A stretch of 45,335 nucleotides of DNA from Octopus sinensis (taxonomy: Eukaryota). The DNA lies in the NCBI RefSeq assembly GCF_006345805.1, contig NW_021834847.1:1-45335 (forward strand). Reading direction: 5' to 3'. The notes below the pieces were generated by a model that saw nothing but the letters and a program-made list of their open reading frames with translations, was not told the DNA's origin and searched no databases. A program made the position numbers and the translations under genes. Shown piece after piece: positions 11,093 through 22,412 of the stretch; the stretch's first letter is position 1, and each line of letters begins with the position of its first letter.

Positions 11093-12178
11093 GAATAGTA
11101 ATAAAGCTGTAGTTATACAAATCAACATGACCCTAACAGTTTGCTGTCATTGCGTCTTTACCTAACACTTCCTGCTTATAAAAAATGTAATATATTTCCA
11201 TATACACAATAAATATAGTTAGTAATGGCATGAAGTTTACTACACACGCGTTTTCTGCTTATAAAATAAAGGACATATGTAACTAAATGGAAAGCAAAAG
11301 AACAACACTATTTTTTTCCGTGCAAATATCTTAAGAAGTATATTCTTTTATCAATGTAAATTATCTTTCACTGCAGTCTCCACTCTTTCTTACCTTTTTA
11401 CAAAACAGCAAATATTTTGGAATATACCGCTCAATGTGATACGGTTTTTGTGGCAACATCTCACAGATATAAAGATAAATATTATACTATTCTCTAATTT
11501 AAGACTTAGATAATATCTATCGCATACTAATTCGGAACATATTTTCATAGAGTCAAGTTAAGAGAGGAAACGGATTAACAGAAGGAAAAATTAACGAGCG
11601 AATTTGTTGATAAAATGAATCTATCATCTGAGAAATTCGCAATATAATAATTACTCGAAGTAGCGGATAAGAATACGAGAGAGCTAGAATGAGCACTAGA
11701 ATGATTTCGAAAATAACAACACAACGCAAAAGAATTGTTAAAGGAAACCTCACATGGAATACTGAAGTGATGAAGTTTTGGTCTTGTTACTAGCCTCAAG
11801 CTGATACCTCGAGGCGTAAAATGATTAAAAACCATTAAGGTTTCGCTGCCACACAAGAATATTTTGCTGTTCTCAAATGGTATAAATTTAAGCTTTATCC
11901 GCTTAGTAACGAAAATAAATAAATAAGAAACTAACAAGTAAAACGAAAGAAAAAAAAAACAAACAAAATAAAATATAAATGAGAAAGAAAGTAATATATG
12001 AAGAAAGAGAAAATGAAAACAAAGACGAGAAGCTGAAGGGAAAAAAAAAGAAAGTAAGAAAGAAAGAAAGAAAGAAAGAAAAAACAAACACTTCAGAGTG
12101 AATATTAAGCGTGAACAATGGCATACATATGCGCCCTCACTTGACCAAGTATACTTTCAAAAGCGGTCAGAGAGAAAC

Positions 12179-12179
12179 A

Positions 12180-12217
<38 letters not shown>

Positions 12218-12567
12218 TAATAATGAAAATAATAATAGTAATAATAATAATATTAATAATAATAATAATAATAATAATACGAAGAAGAAGGAGGAGGGAG
12301 GAGGAGGAAGAGAGGGAAGTGGTGGAGAAGAAGGAGGAAGAGGAAGGGACGAAGAAGGAGGAGGAGGAAGAGGCGGAGAAGAAGACAGAGGGGGAGGAGG
12401 AGAAGGAGAAGTAGAAGAAGAAAAAGAAGAAGACGAAGAAGAAAGAAGAAGAAGAAGAAGAAGAAAGAAGAAGAAGAAGAAGAAGAAGAAGAAGAAGAAG
12501 AAGAAGAAGAAGAAGAAGAAGAAGAAGAAGAAGAAGAAGAAGAAGAAGAAAGAAGAAAAGAAGAAGA
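12179..12567. repeat. (AAT)n/(GGA)n/(AAG)n trinucleotide block
   Basis: Visible runs; source of the N/G/K homopolymer ORF. Confidence 0.95.
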
Positions 12568-12704
12568 TGCCTGTGTTGAAATTTAACTAACTAGTGTAAC
12601 ATCAGGGCATTGGCGTGTGTTATAGTCACAGTTATTCGGATTCTAGAATCAAAACTGTGGAAACTTTAGAGAGAGGAGGAGGGAAAGAGAGAGAGAAAGA
12701 GGGA

Positions 12705-12951
12705 GAGAGAGAGAGATTGGATGAGAGAGAGAGAATGGGAGAGAGAGAGATTGGATGAGAGAGAGAGAATGGAGAGAGAGAGATTGGATGAGAGAGAGAG
12801 AATGGGAGAGAGAGAGATTGGATGAGAGAGAGAGAATGGGAGAGAGAGAGATTGGATGAGAGAGAGAGAATGGGAGAGAGAGAGATTGGATGAGAGAGAG
12901 AGAATGGGAGAGAGAGAGATTGGATGAGAGAGAGAGAATGGGAGAGAGAGA
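12705..12951. repeat. ~34-bp purine minisatellite, 7 copies
   Basis: Unit ATTGGATGAGAGAGAGAGAATGGGAGAGAGAGAG; ATTGG recurs at ~12716, 12750, 12783, 12817, 12851, 12885 and 12919. Confidence 0.9.
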
Positions 12952-13383
12952 ACATTAGTGAGTATAGAACGTGAATGACAAAGATAGTTGATAAGAATGG
13001 TGTTTGTTTTATCAACGCGATATATCCAAACAAGATAAAAGGAAAAATAAAGGATTATATGAGAACATGAAGAACTGATAAAGTAAATATATTATACTTT
13101 TGGTGTAATTTAATTGAATCAAAGGAATCCGGAGAAAAAAAAATGTTGTGTTTAATTTCAACATTTTATCACACTGATATTAGTTATGTTTTGTTTTAAT
13201 GCTCGTAGATTTTTACACAAATAAGCGAAAAGAGATTATGAAATGTTAATGTACCTTTCTTAGGAATAAGAGACAGTGAACTCACAAGGAGACGATTCTG
13301 TAGTTTCTAAAAACGCTGGAAATACCAGCTATATCGATTTGGAGAGTAAAAATAAATTTAAAGTAGGGAGTTGGATTCTAAAC

Positions 13384-13520
13384 AGGCGCTGGCGTGACTT
13401 TGAGGCTAAGAAGATTGCTTTGCAGATACTTTTTTAGGTTTAGCGTCACTACCTGGCAACTTAGATTATCTCCAGAGAGAACATTGTCTTTATAAATGAA
13501 TTCCGTAGACTAAAACTGCT
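13384..13520 (+). mobile_element. Degenerate SINE family C 5' half
   Basis: AGGCGCTGGCGTGACTTTGAGGCTAAGAAGATTGCTT...CGTAGACTAAAACTG; similar to 8790-8856 and 2430-2480. Confidence 0.45.
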
Positions 13521-13525
13521 TTGTA

Positions 13526-13666
13526 TAAGGTTGTCCCAGAAGTTCGTAGAAAGTCTTGGAAAATAATGGTCTTTATTTTGAGGAATAATTTTTGTTGTTT
13601 TTGTTAGTACTTGGCGAGTAAAAATTCAATTTTCGCAAGTGTTTACGAACTTTTGGGACAACCTAA
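13526..13666. mobile_element. Mariner-like MITE (~141 bp)
   Basis: TIRs TAAGGTTGTCCCAGAAGTTCGTAGA and reverse complement TTAGGTTGTCCCAAAAGTTCGTAAA (22/25). TA at 13524-13525 and 13667-13668. Confidence 0.85.
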
Positions 13667-13757
13667 TATTTTGTAATCTGGCCTGTGTAACAGTAACAAT
13701 CTTTATTTTTTTAAATCTAAAGTTTTATTGCTTAACAGTTGTCCTTGTTATTAATAG

Positions 13758-14080
13758 ACTACTGTAATGGGTGGGTTGTTAACAGTACAGGGAGAGTTTT
13801 AAAAGTCTAGATACACGTTAAATAAACACTCTAAATATGGTGTCCCTACTTCGCGGAAATTCAGTTATCGCGGCCGGTCTCGGAACCAATTTACCGCGAT
13901 AAACGAGGGATCACTGTAAACGTATGGACCTCACATTTAGTCACATTTTCTAACCAAACCTGAAAATACTCTTTAGGCTAATGAGCTCCATTAAAATCAA
14001 AACCCTACAGAAGCACATGCACAATAGCATAAATATTCTAGAAAGTTCACAACATTCAAGCAAACATATACTGTCATAGT
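13758..14080 (+). repeat. Long direct repeat, copy 1 (contains a Tigger-like right end ending at 13916)
   Basis: About 12 differences from 14460-14783 by eye. Includes CCGCGATAAACGAGGGATCACTG-TA, a pogo/Tigger-type terminus. Confidence 0.95.
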
Positions 14081-14460
14081 TGAAGCACTCCGTCAGTTAC
14101 GACGACGAGGGTTCCGGTTGATCTGAATCAACGGAACAGCCTGCTCGTGAAATTAACGTGTAAGTGGCTGAGCACTCCACAGACACGTGTACCCTTAACG
14201 TAGTTCTCGGGAATATTCAGCGTGACGCAGAGAGTGACAAGGCCGGCCCTTTGAAATACAGGTACAACAGAAACAGGAAGTAAGAGTGAGAGAAAGTTGT
14301 GGTGAAAGAGTACAGCAGGGATCACCACCATCCCCTGCCGGAGCCTCGTGGAGCTTAGGTGTTTTCGCTCAATAAACACTCACAACGCCGGTCTGGAATC
14401 GAAACCGCGATCCTATGACCGCGAGTCCGCTGCCCTAACCACTGGGCCATTGCGCCTCCA
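14081..14460 (-). mobile_element. Full-length tRNA-derived SINE, family B
   Basis: Minus-strand head GGAGGCGCAATGGCCCAGTGGTTAGGGCAGCGGACTCGCGGTCATAGGATCGCGGTTTCGATTCC with A- and B-box-like motifs. Tail GGAACCCTCGTCGTCGTAACTGACGGAGTGC. Confidence 0.9.
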
Positions 14461-14783
14461 CTACTGTAATGGGTGGGTTGTTAACAGTACAGGGAGGGTT
14501 TTTAAAAGTCCAAATACACGTTAAATAAACACTGTAAATATGGTGTCCCTACTTCGCGGAAATTCAGTTATCGCGGCCGGTCTCGGAACCAATTTACCGC
14601 GATAAACGAGGGATCACTGTAAACGTATGGACCTCACATTTAGTCACATTTTCTAACCAAACCTCAAAATACTCTTTAGGCTAATGAGCTCCATTAAAAT
14701 CAAAACCCTACAGAAGCACATGCACATGAGCATAAATATTCTAAAAAGTTCACAACATCCAAGCAAACGTATGCTGTCATAGT
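14460..14783 (+). repeat. Long direct repeat, copy 2 (Tigger-like end at 14619)
   Basis: See copy 1; begins at the SINE 5' end. Confidence 0.95.
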
Positions 14784-14939
14784 AATGTATATACATAGAT
14801 GCCACACGGAGACAAACATTCGCACATATGCAAACACATATATACTACATATGAGTAAAAAATATATACGCATATATAGATACATTAACACATATATATT
14901 TCTTTAGTTTGTAAGAAGCAGTGCTACCTTCAGAATAAT

Positions 14940-15180
14940 GTGTTTGTGTCTTTTTCTGTATGCATTTTGTTTTTGTTATTGTACCTGTGTTTGTTACTCA
15001 CACCTGAGTTAGTTTGTCTACGTTCCCACAACTTTGCTGTTTTACAAACGAGAACTATGAAGTAATTACGAATCTTAAAGCATATGTGCTGGGGTTGTTA
15101 CGCGCGACTAAAATATCTCTTGAATGTAGTGCCCTATCATCGTACCACTCCAATGATTGAAAGAAGTAAAAATTTAAAGG
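14940..15180 (+). mobile_element. Highly degenerate SINE family C 3' half
   Basis: CTGGGGTTG..CGACTAAA..GTGCCC..AATGATTGAAAGAAGTAAAA is colinear with 1941-2115. Confidence 0.4.
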
Positions 15181-15199
15181 TATATATACGTATACTGTT

Positions 15200-15390
15200 G
15201 TCGCTTTTTTTCCTCTATCTTCCCTTCTCTGGATCTTTCCTTCTCCTATGTTTCAGACGAAGAGCTCCGCTAGAAACGTTAAACCCTCCTTCTTTCCTTC
15301 TTTCCTGAGCGTTCAATAATACTATATTTGTTCCACGTCCTCGCGTTGTTGTGATTTTTTGTGCTTTCATGTTTGGATTAACTTTATATA
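15200..15390 (+). mobile_element. Penelope-like pseudo-LTR with hammerhead-like motif (15250-15284)
   Basis: CAGACGA-AGAGC-TCC-GCTA-GAAACGTT. Strongly similar to 34075-34210 through to GGATTAACTTTATATA. Confidence 0.65.
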
Positions 15391-15399
15391 AATATTTAA

Positions 15400-15612
15400 C
15401 CGGGCGATGCGTTGTGTTCCTGTGCAAAACACTTCATTTTACGTTGCTCCAGTTCACTCAGATGGCAAAAATGAATAACGCTGCGATGGACTGGCGTCCC
15501 GTCCAGCTGGGGAACACATAAGCCATTGAAACCGGGAAACCGGACCCATCAACCTGGCTAGGCTTATAAAGGGCGCATTTATATCTATTTATTTATTTAT
15601 TTATTCATTTAT
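15400..15612 (+). mobile_element. 5'-truncated SINE: family D body plus GATGGACTGG tail and (ATTT)n
   Basis: TGTGTTCC..CAAAACACTT..CGTTGCTCCAGTTCACTCAG joined to GATGGACTGGCGTCCCGTCCAGCTGGGG..GGCTAGGCTT..AAAGGGCG. Confidence 0.75.
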
Positions 15613-16005
15613 GTTACGTTGATCGTATCAGCTTGAACTCTCATCGGTGTAACTAACGGAAACCTGGGCCTTATGTGTTCTGTAATTATACAACACTTTG
15701 ATTTTGAGGCTCTTTTCAGTGCTTGTGTCTTTATATATGAACGTGTGTTTATAAGATACGACAAAGCTTTGCATTATACGATATGGTTTTCGCTGCATGT
15801 GAACATGTACATATGCATGATACTGTTTATATGTGCGAATACGTGTGTCTGGCATAACAATGTACGTTAATCGTTGGCGGTGTGCGTGTGACTCTATCAA
15901 TACCTGATCAAATGTAAATGCGTATTACGAGTCATTGCATATTCCTGGTTAGATGTGCATGTTCGTCGGCACATGTATACGTGAGTGTGTTGTACTGACA
16001 CACAC

Positions 16006-16048
<43 letters not shown>

Positions 16049-16437
16049 CATATGTGTAAAAAATTTGTGATTAAATATTTCGCTTTTGGAATCTCAGTAT
16101 GTGTGTGTCCAGAAATGCATATACGTATATAAGTGTGTGATTGCATGCGCATAATTGTTTGTACATATGAGTTTGTACGTGCTTTTGTGTGCGTACGTAT
16201 GCATGTGTGTGTATGTGTGTGTGTGTGTGTAGATGGGTGGGTGCGTATTATTCTTGTGCGTGTTAAAACTAACGACTGTGTAGAGAGATGTGCGCATGTC
16301 TATTGTGGCATGTACTTAAGCATACGTGAGTTTTTAGTTTTAAATTTCTAAAACTGTTTACCTTGGGCAATCTCAGTGATTACAAAGCAATACAGAGAAC
16401 TAAACAGATAGCTGCATTCATTTTACATTGACAATGC

Positions 16438-16472
<35 letters not shown>

Positions 16473-16474
16473 TG

Positions 16475-16510
<36 letters not shown>

Positions 16511-16669
16511 TTAATAATAATAATAATAATAATAAAATTAATAATAATAATGATAATAATAATAATAATAATAACAACAATAATGATAATTATAATAATA
16601 AAAAATAATAATGATGACGATGATGATGATGATAATAATAATAATAACAATAATAATAATGATAATAAA

Positions 16670-16700
<31 letters not shown>

Positions 16701-16769
16701 GTAATAATAATAATAATGATAATAATAATAATAATAATGATAATATGATGATAATAATAATAATAATAA

Positions 16770-16810
<41 letters not shown>

Positions 16811-16822
16811 TGATAATGATAA
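16438..16822. repeat. (AAT)n/(GAT)n degenerate trinucleotide tract
   Basis: Visible runs. Confidence 0.95.
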
Positions 16823-17159
16823 GATGAAGAGAAAGATGAAGAAAAATAATAACTGACGGAATTATTATTATTGTTGTTGTTGGTTTTGTTGCTATGCATA
16901 AAAATAATAGAATGCAAAAATAAATACTTTATTAGACATTTTAAGTAGTTATATGTGCGCATGCGCTTTGGTGCATGTGCCAGTGTCATTTTAGCACAAT
17001 GCAGATTGAAACGTTAACACACGTTCACACACACGCACACACACACACACACACACATATATATGTATGTATATACACGCGGACAGGTGCGACAATTTTT
17101 ATCCCTATAGTGACGTTTCCGTATGAATTCCATATAGGTATACGTGTGGGGTGTGGTAT

Positions 17160-17236
17160 ATATAATCTATATATATATACATATTATATACATATATATA
17201 TACATATATACATATATATATATATATTAATATATA

Positions 17237-17285
<49 letters not shown>

Positions 17286-17385
17286 AGATATATAATATAT
17301 ATATATATTGAGATAGTATATATATATATATATATATTGAGATTATATATATATATATATATATATATAATTGATAAATAGATAT
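17160..17385. repeat. (TA)n tract
   Basis: Visible runs. Confidence 0.95.
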
Positions 17386-18137
17386 ACACACTCACACATA
17401 CAAAAAACAGGCTCGCACACATATTTATGTGTGACTGTGCGTGCGTGTATACGTTGTGTGGAGATGTGTTTCTGTGTATGCAAGACTGCATATGTTTTTT
17501 TTTACGTGTTCCATTAAAATATTTTTTTTTCAACGCGTGTGACTAAGAAATCTCACAATTCATTATGAATATAACATATATCGTTTGTTCTAGTTTTTAG
17601 TTCATAAATTCTATAATAATGGAATTTAACTAGCAGAAACATCCACTAGATCGATAAATAAATAAACAAAATATATTTATAAAATATTAATGTTGTTTAA
17701 AACCAAACAAAAAAATTCTCACAACAGAATCAGATTAAATGAAAGAAATAAAAAGAAAACGATGTTTTAATCCACATAAGATGGCAAAAAATTACAAACC
17801 GACTTTTCATACAGATCCGCAGGTTATTTGCTGTTTCGGCAGTTTGTCTGATATTATTCGAACACAATAGATGCATTTGGGACATCGGATGTAGAGATTA
17901 AAAACATTAAATGAGTAAGAGTATTTCTAGTATAATTCTAGATGTTTAGATATTTGATTTCATTTATATGGAACAAATATTCATATACGGAAACACCGTC
18001 GGGGCGGGGTGAAGGCGTACGTTTTGTGTTGTGTGTATGTATATATGTATGTATGTATGTATGTACGTATCTGTCTCTGCTCTCTGTCTACTTATAGACA
18101 TATTCATACGTATGCACATTTACTGAGAACAATATAC

Positions 18138-18170
<33 letters not shown>

Positions 18171-18357
18171 TATGAATATATATATATATGTATGTATGCA
18201 TGTATGTATGTATGTATGTATGTATGTATATACAGAGTGTGAGGGAGAGAGGGACATAAGATAGGTGTAGACGTATGTCTACAAAACACAGACATACATA
18301 TACACTTCATATAAGTATATCTGTATAAATATACATATATAATATATATATATATAT

Positions 18358-18430
<73 letters not shown>

Positions 18431-19303
18431 GTATATATGCATGTATGTATGTATGTATGAATGTATAAATACATTTATGGATAGTATTGTCAGATATGCT
18501 AAAAGCATAGTAAATCAATGCGCTAACAAACATATATGGAAACAACTTACTCTATGAATTTATATGGAAGATTTAAAATAATCAAATATTTTTTAAGCAA
18601 AAAAGCAAAACAGCAATATTAAGAATAATCTTTTGTTTCGTACATTACGTTTTTTAGTTAGCAAATATCGAAAATGTCAGTTGACAAATTACCAATTTGC
18701 GAAAGAAAAAAATTAATCACAAACATAGACATGCAGACGTATACACGTAGATAGGAGCGCACACATATTTGTATACAGACGAGCATAGAGATACATTTAC
18801 CAACAAACATAAATTGCAACAAACATGTATTTTAACATAAATATAAACGAATATCAAAAGAAACAAGCAGAGGAAGGTGAAAAAAGCGTTTCTATCCACC
18901 CGAGGATGTGATAATTTCAAAAGATGATAGTATGAGATGAGATAAAAAAAAGTAAAACTGTGAAAAGAAAGGGAAGGAAATGCGAAGAAGGGTGTGAAAA
19001 AAATTGTATAAACAGCACACAAAAAAAAATTGAAAACAATGGCGAACAAAGATTATAAAGAGAAGTTAAATGTACAGAATGCATTTGTGTCGTAATATTT
19101 GTGAATCGGCAAGCTAACAGGAACAATTAATCTGAACACAAAGCGAAAAATATATTTAAACATACTAATATATAATGATTAGGAGAGAAAAGAAAAAGCA
19201 TTAGAGATAACGATAGACTGTTAAAGAGCGGCTTAAAGAGAATGACACAGACGAGACAAGTTAAGATGTAAATACGCATATAACACTCCAGGAAAATTAT
19301 ATA

Positions 19304-19385
19304 CATCATCATCATCATCATCATCATCATCGTTTAACGTCTGCTTTCCATGCTAGCATGGGTTCGACGATTTGACTGAGAACTG
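19304..19385 (-). mobile_element. Very short RTE 3'-tail copy with (GAT)n tail
   Basis: Near-identical to 19474-19560: (CAT)n-CGTTTAACGTC..TTCCATGCTAGCATGGGTTCGACGATTTGACTGAG. Confidence 0.8.
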
Positions 19386-19472
19386 ACTCCAACAATTTGA
19401 AAACTCCACCAGAATGGACGAAAGCGCTATTATATGATATATTATATAAGTAATATGATGTATAAAAACATG

Positions 19473-19473
<1 letters not shown>

Positions 19474-19506
<33 letters not shown>

Positions 19507-20438
19507 GTTTAACGTCCGTTTTCCATGCTAGCATGGGTTCGACGATTTGACTGAGGACAGGCTCAAATCTTGATCTGGCGGAGTTTCTATAGCTGGATGC
19601 CCTTCCTAACGCCAACCACTCTGAGAGTGTAGTGGATGCTTTTACGTGCCACCAGCACGAGGGTCGGTCAGGCGGTACTGGCAATGGCCGCGCTGAAATG
19701 GTGTTTTTACGTGCTACCTGCACAGGAACCAGTCCAGTGGGAATGGCAGCAACCTCGCCCGAATGTTTTTCCCTGTGCTACCAGCACAAGTGCCAGGAAG
19801 GCGTCGTTGGTAATGATCACGCTGAAATGGTGCCCTTTACGTGTCACCAGCACGGAAGCCAGTTAGCCGCTCTGGCAAAAATCACGCTCGGATGGTGCTC
19901 TTCCCGCTCCACTAGCATGGATGTCAGTAATCGAATTTGATTTCGCTTTCGATTCCACCTCAACAGGTCTTCGCAAGCAAAGTTTAGTGTCCAATGAAGG
20001 AAAGGTACGCATAGGTAGGCTGGTTACGCTCCTGGCATAGTCCACGAGGTTATTGTCTCATTTGGCTTGCCGGGTCTTCTCAAGCACAGCATATTTCCAA
20101 AAGTCTCGGTCACTAGTCATTGCTTTGGTGAGGCCTAATGTTCAAAGGTCATGCTTCACCACTTCATCCCAGGTCTTCCCGAGTCGTACTCTTCCGCAGG
20201 TTCCCTCAACCGATAGGGTGTGGCACTTTTCACACTGCTATCCTCATCAATTCTCGCCACATGACCATAACAGCGCAGTCGTCTCTCTTGCACACTACAT
20301 CTGATGCTTCTTAGGTCCAACTTTTCTCTCAAGGTACTTAGCCTCTGCCTAGTGTGCACGCTGACATTACACATTCATCGGATCATACTGGATTCATTCC
20401 TTGCGTGCTTATGCATGTCCTCAGCAGTCACGGCCCAT
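19474..20438 (-). mobile_element. 5'-truncated RTE-clade LINE (ORF C-terminus, 3' UTR, (GAT)n tail)
   Basis: Minus translation WAVTAEDM..NESSMIR*MCNV..LREKLDLRSIR..VQERRLRCYGHVAR..VEGTCGRVRLGKTWDEVVKHDL matches the RTE C-terminal pattern RLRWxGHV..GRPxxTW. Trinucleotide tail. Confidence 0.9.
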
Positions 20439-20444
20439 ACTTTA

Positions 20445-20505
20445 TTTTATTGACAGGAGAAGAATGAAAGGCTAAACTGGACTTGGCAGGACATGAACTC
20501 AAGAT
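20445..20505 (-). mobile_element. Family A SINE fragment
   Basis: TTTTATTGAC..GAATGAAAGGC..GACTTGGCAGG..TGAACTCA matches the family A core. Confidence 0.5.
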
Positions 20506-21202
20506 ATAAATGATAATCAACCCATCATTCTACTGACTTACACTACACACTCAATAACACTATAAAATGGTCAAATTTTTTCTCCAAGATCTTAGACCCT
20601 CCTTCGAGTAAACATCCTGACCAACTACAAAAGAAACCAGCAAAACAATTTTTTCTTCTTCCCTCTCTCCCTTGTTTTTCTTTTCCTTCTTTTTCTTGAA
20701 CACTTTTTTCAGATACGAACACGCACACACACATGATCTCTCTGAATTTCTCCCCATTCATCACTCTTTTGTACTATCTTATATTCCTCCCCACCACTAC
20801 ACACTCAATAACACTATAAAATGGTCACATTTTTTCCACAGGAACTTAGTTCAATTTGAAACCTCAACCAGAATGGACGAAAGCGGTGTTATATGATATA
20901 TGATATAAGTTATATGATGTATAAAAACATGCGATATATATATGTATGATATACATATATACATATGATATGACAAAGAGTCGCGCACGAACTAATTTTA
21001 GTATGCGCTGGAACTGTGAAAGACTTGCTTCCTTCAATTTTTCTACACACGAATCGCCAAAATGAATAACAATAATTCTACTATTAATAGTAATAATAAT
21101 GATAATAATAATAATCGTATTAATAATGATAACATAATAGGAATAACATGCCAAATCTTTTAGAGCGTGAGATGTATATATATATATATATATATTCATC
21201 AA

Positions 21203-21228
21203 TAGATAGATAGATATATAGACAGGTG

Positions 21229-21312
<84 letters not shown>
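21203..21312. repeat. (GATA)n microsatellite
   Basis: Visible run. Confidence 0.95.
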
Positions 21313-21745
21313 TACATGCGTATATGTACCAATTGTTTGTATATATATATACGCATATATATATTAGTAAGTTGTGCTATCTCTGTATATGTAGTAATTT
21401 CGTTTAGGTGTTAAACCCTGGAGTTTAACGGAATTAAGCTAAAAGAAGTGAAGAATCGATCTTCCATTTTGTCTTATGTGTCAATGTTTGCGTATAGTAT
21501 TGTATAATGATATATTAATGCTCACGAGATCGATTTTCGATAGAACAATTGTAAATGAATGAAATAAAAGTAGTTACTCCCTCTATTCTCCTTGATCATA
21601 ATTATTCATATGCACATATATATAAAATATTATACAACTATATATACACACAGACACATACACACACACTCACTTATACATACACACACAAGCACACACT
21701 CTTACATACACACGCACGCAAACATACTCATATATGTATATATTC

Positions 21746-21815
21746 AAATTTAGGATATTATACAATTTAGGATATTATACAAATTTAGGATATTATACAA
21801 ATTAAGATATTATAC
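21746..21815 (+). repeat. 17-18-bp tandem repeat x4 (AAATTTAGGATATTATAC)
   Basis: Units at 21746, 21764, 21781 and 21799; inverted copy at 21838-21853. Confidence 0.9.
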
Positions 21816-22299
21816 ATATATGTATATATACCAATATGTATATATCCTAATTTCCACATCCTAAGATCTTATTGGTACGTCTATATACAGAGAAAAATTC
21901 AAATTGAAGACCCGAATCTAACAAGTGACAGATTATGCATAATAATTCAATTTGCTAAATTTACAACGAAATTTTCCTTAGATCTTTCCTTATTGTGTTA
22001 AATAAGGAATGGAACATTTAAAATGTACTTCTAAACATATTATAACAGAAAAAAGAGTTATGTCAACTGTTGGAAGGTTTTCAATGAAAGAATTTCTCCT
22101 TTAATGCTAATCTCAGAATATAACAATTACGAAAGCGTCAAGGCCATAACTAGTATCGTCCATTCACATATCGTTCGTTCGCCCAACTCTGTGGAAATCG
22201 TAATACAAACAGTACAGGAATCACACTGTATCACTACAGTTTCAAAAACCGTCCTGCCAGCACCGCCGTACATATCTGGAGAAACCCCAGCGCGCTTCT

Positions 22300-22412
22300 G
22301 TAACCAACGTATACTTGTTCTGCTTGAAGGCAAGGGCAGGCTATGCATAGAACTCTGGTACGAACCGATGACTTTTAAACCAAAAGGCCATCACCTTATC
22401 CATTTGGCCATT
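22300..22412 (-). mobile_element. Ancient tRNA-SINE head remnant
   Basis: Minus strand ATGGCCAAATGGATAAGG (A-box-like)...GGTTCGTACC (B-box-like). Confidence 0.45.

Noticed and set aside
12705-12951. CRISPR-like periodicity (also 21746-21815 and 19630-19922)
   Set aside because: No unique spacers, no cas genes, eukaryotic context.
14385-14460. tRNA-like sequence (also other A/B-box heads)
   Set aside because: Continues into SINE body and tail and lacks a closing acceptor stem; a SINE head, not a tRNA gene.
13758-14783. LTR retrotransposon/TRIM interpretation of the long direct repeats
   Set aside because: No TG..CA termini, PBS/PPT or outer short TSD; the interior is exactly one SINE.
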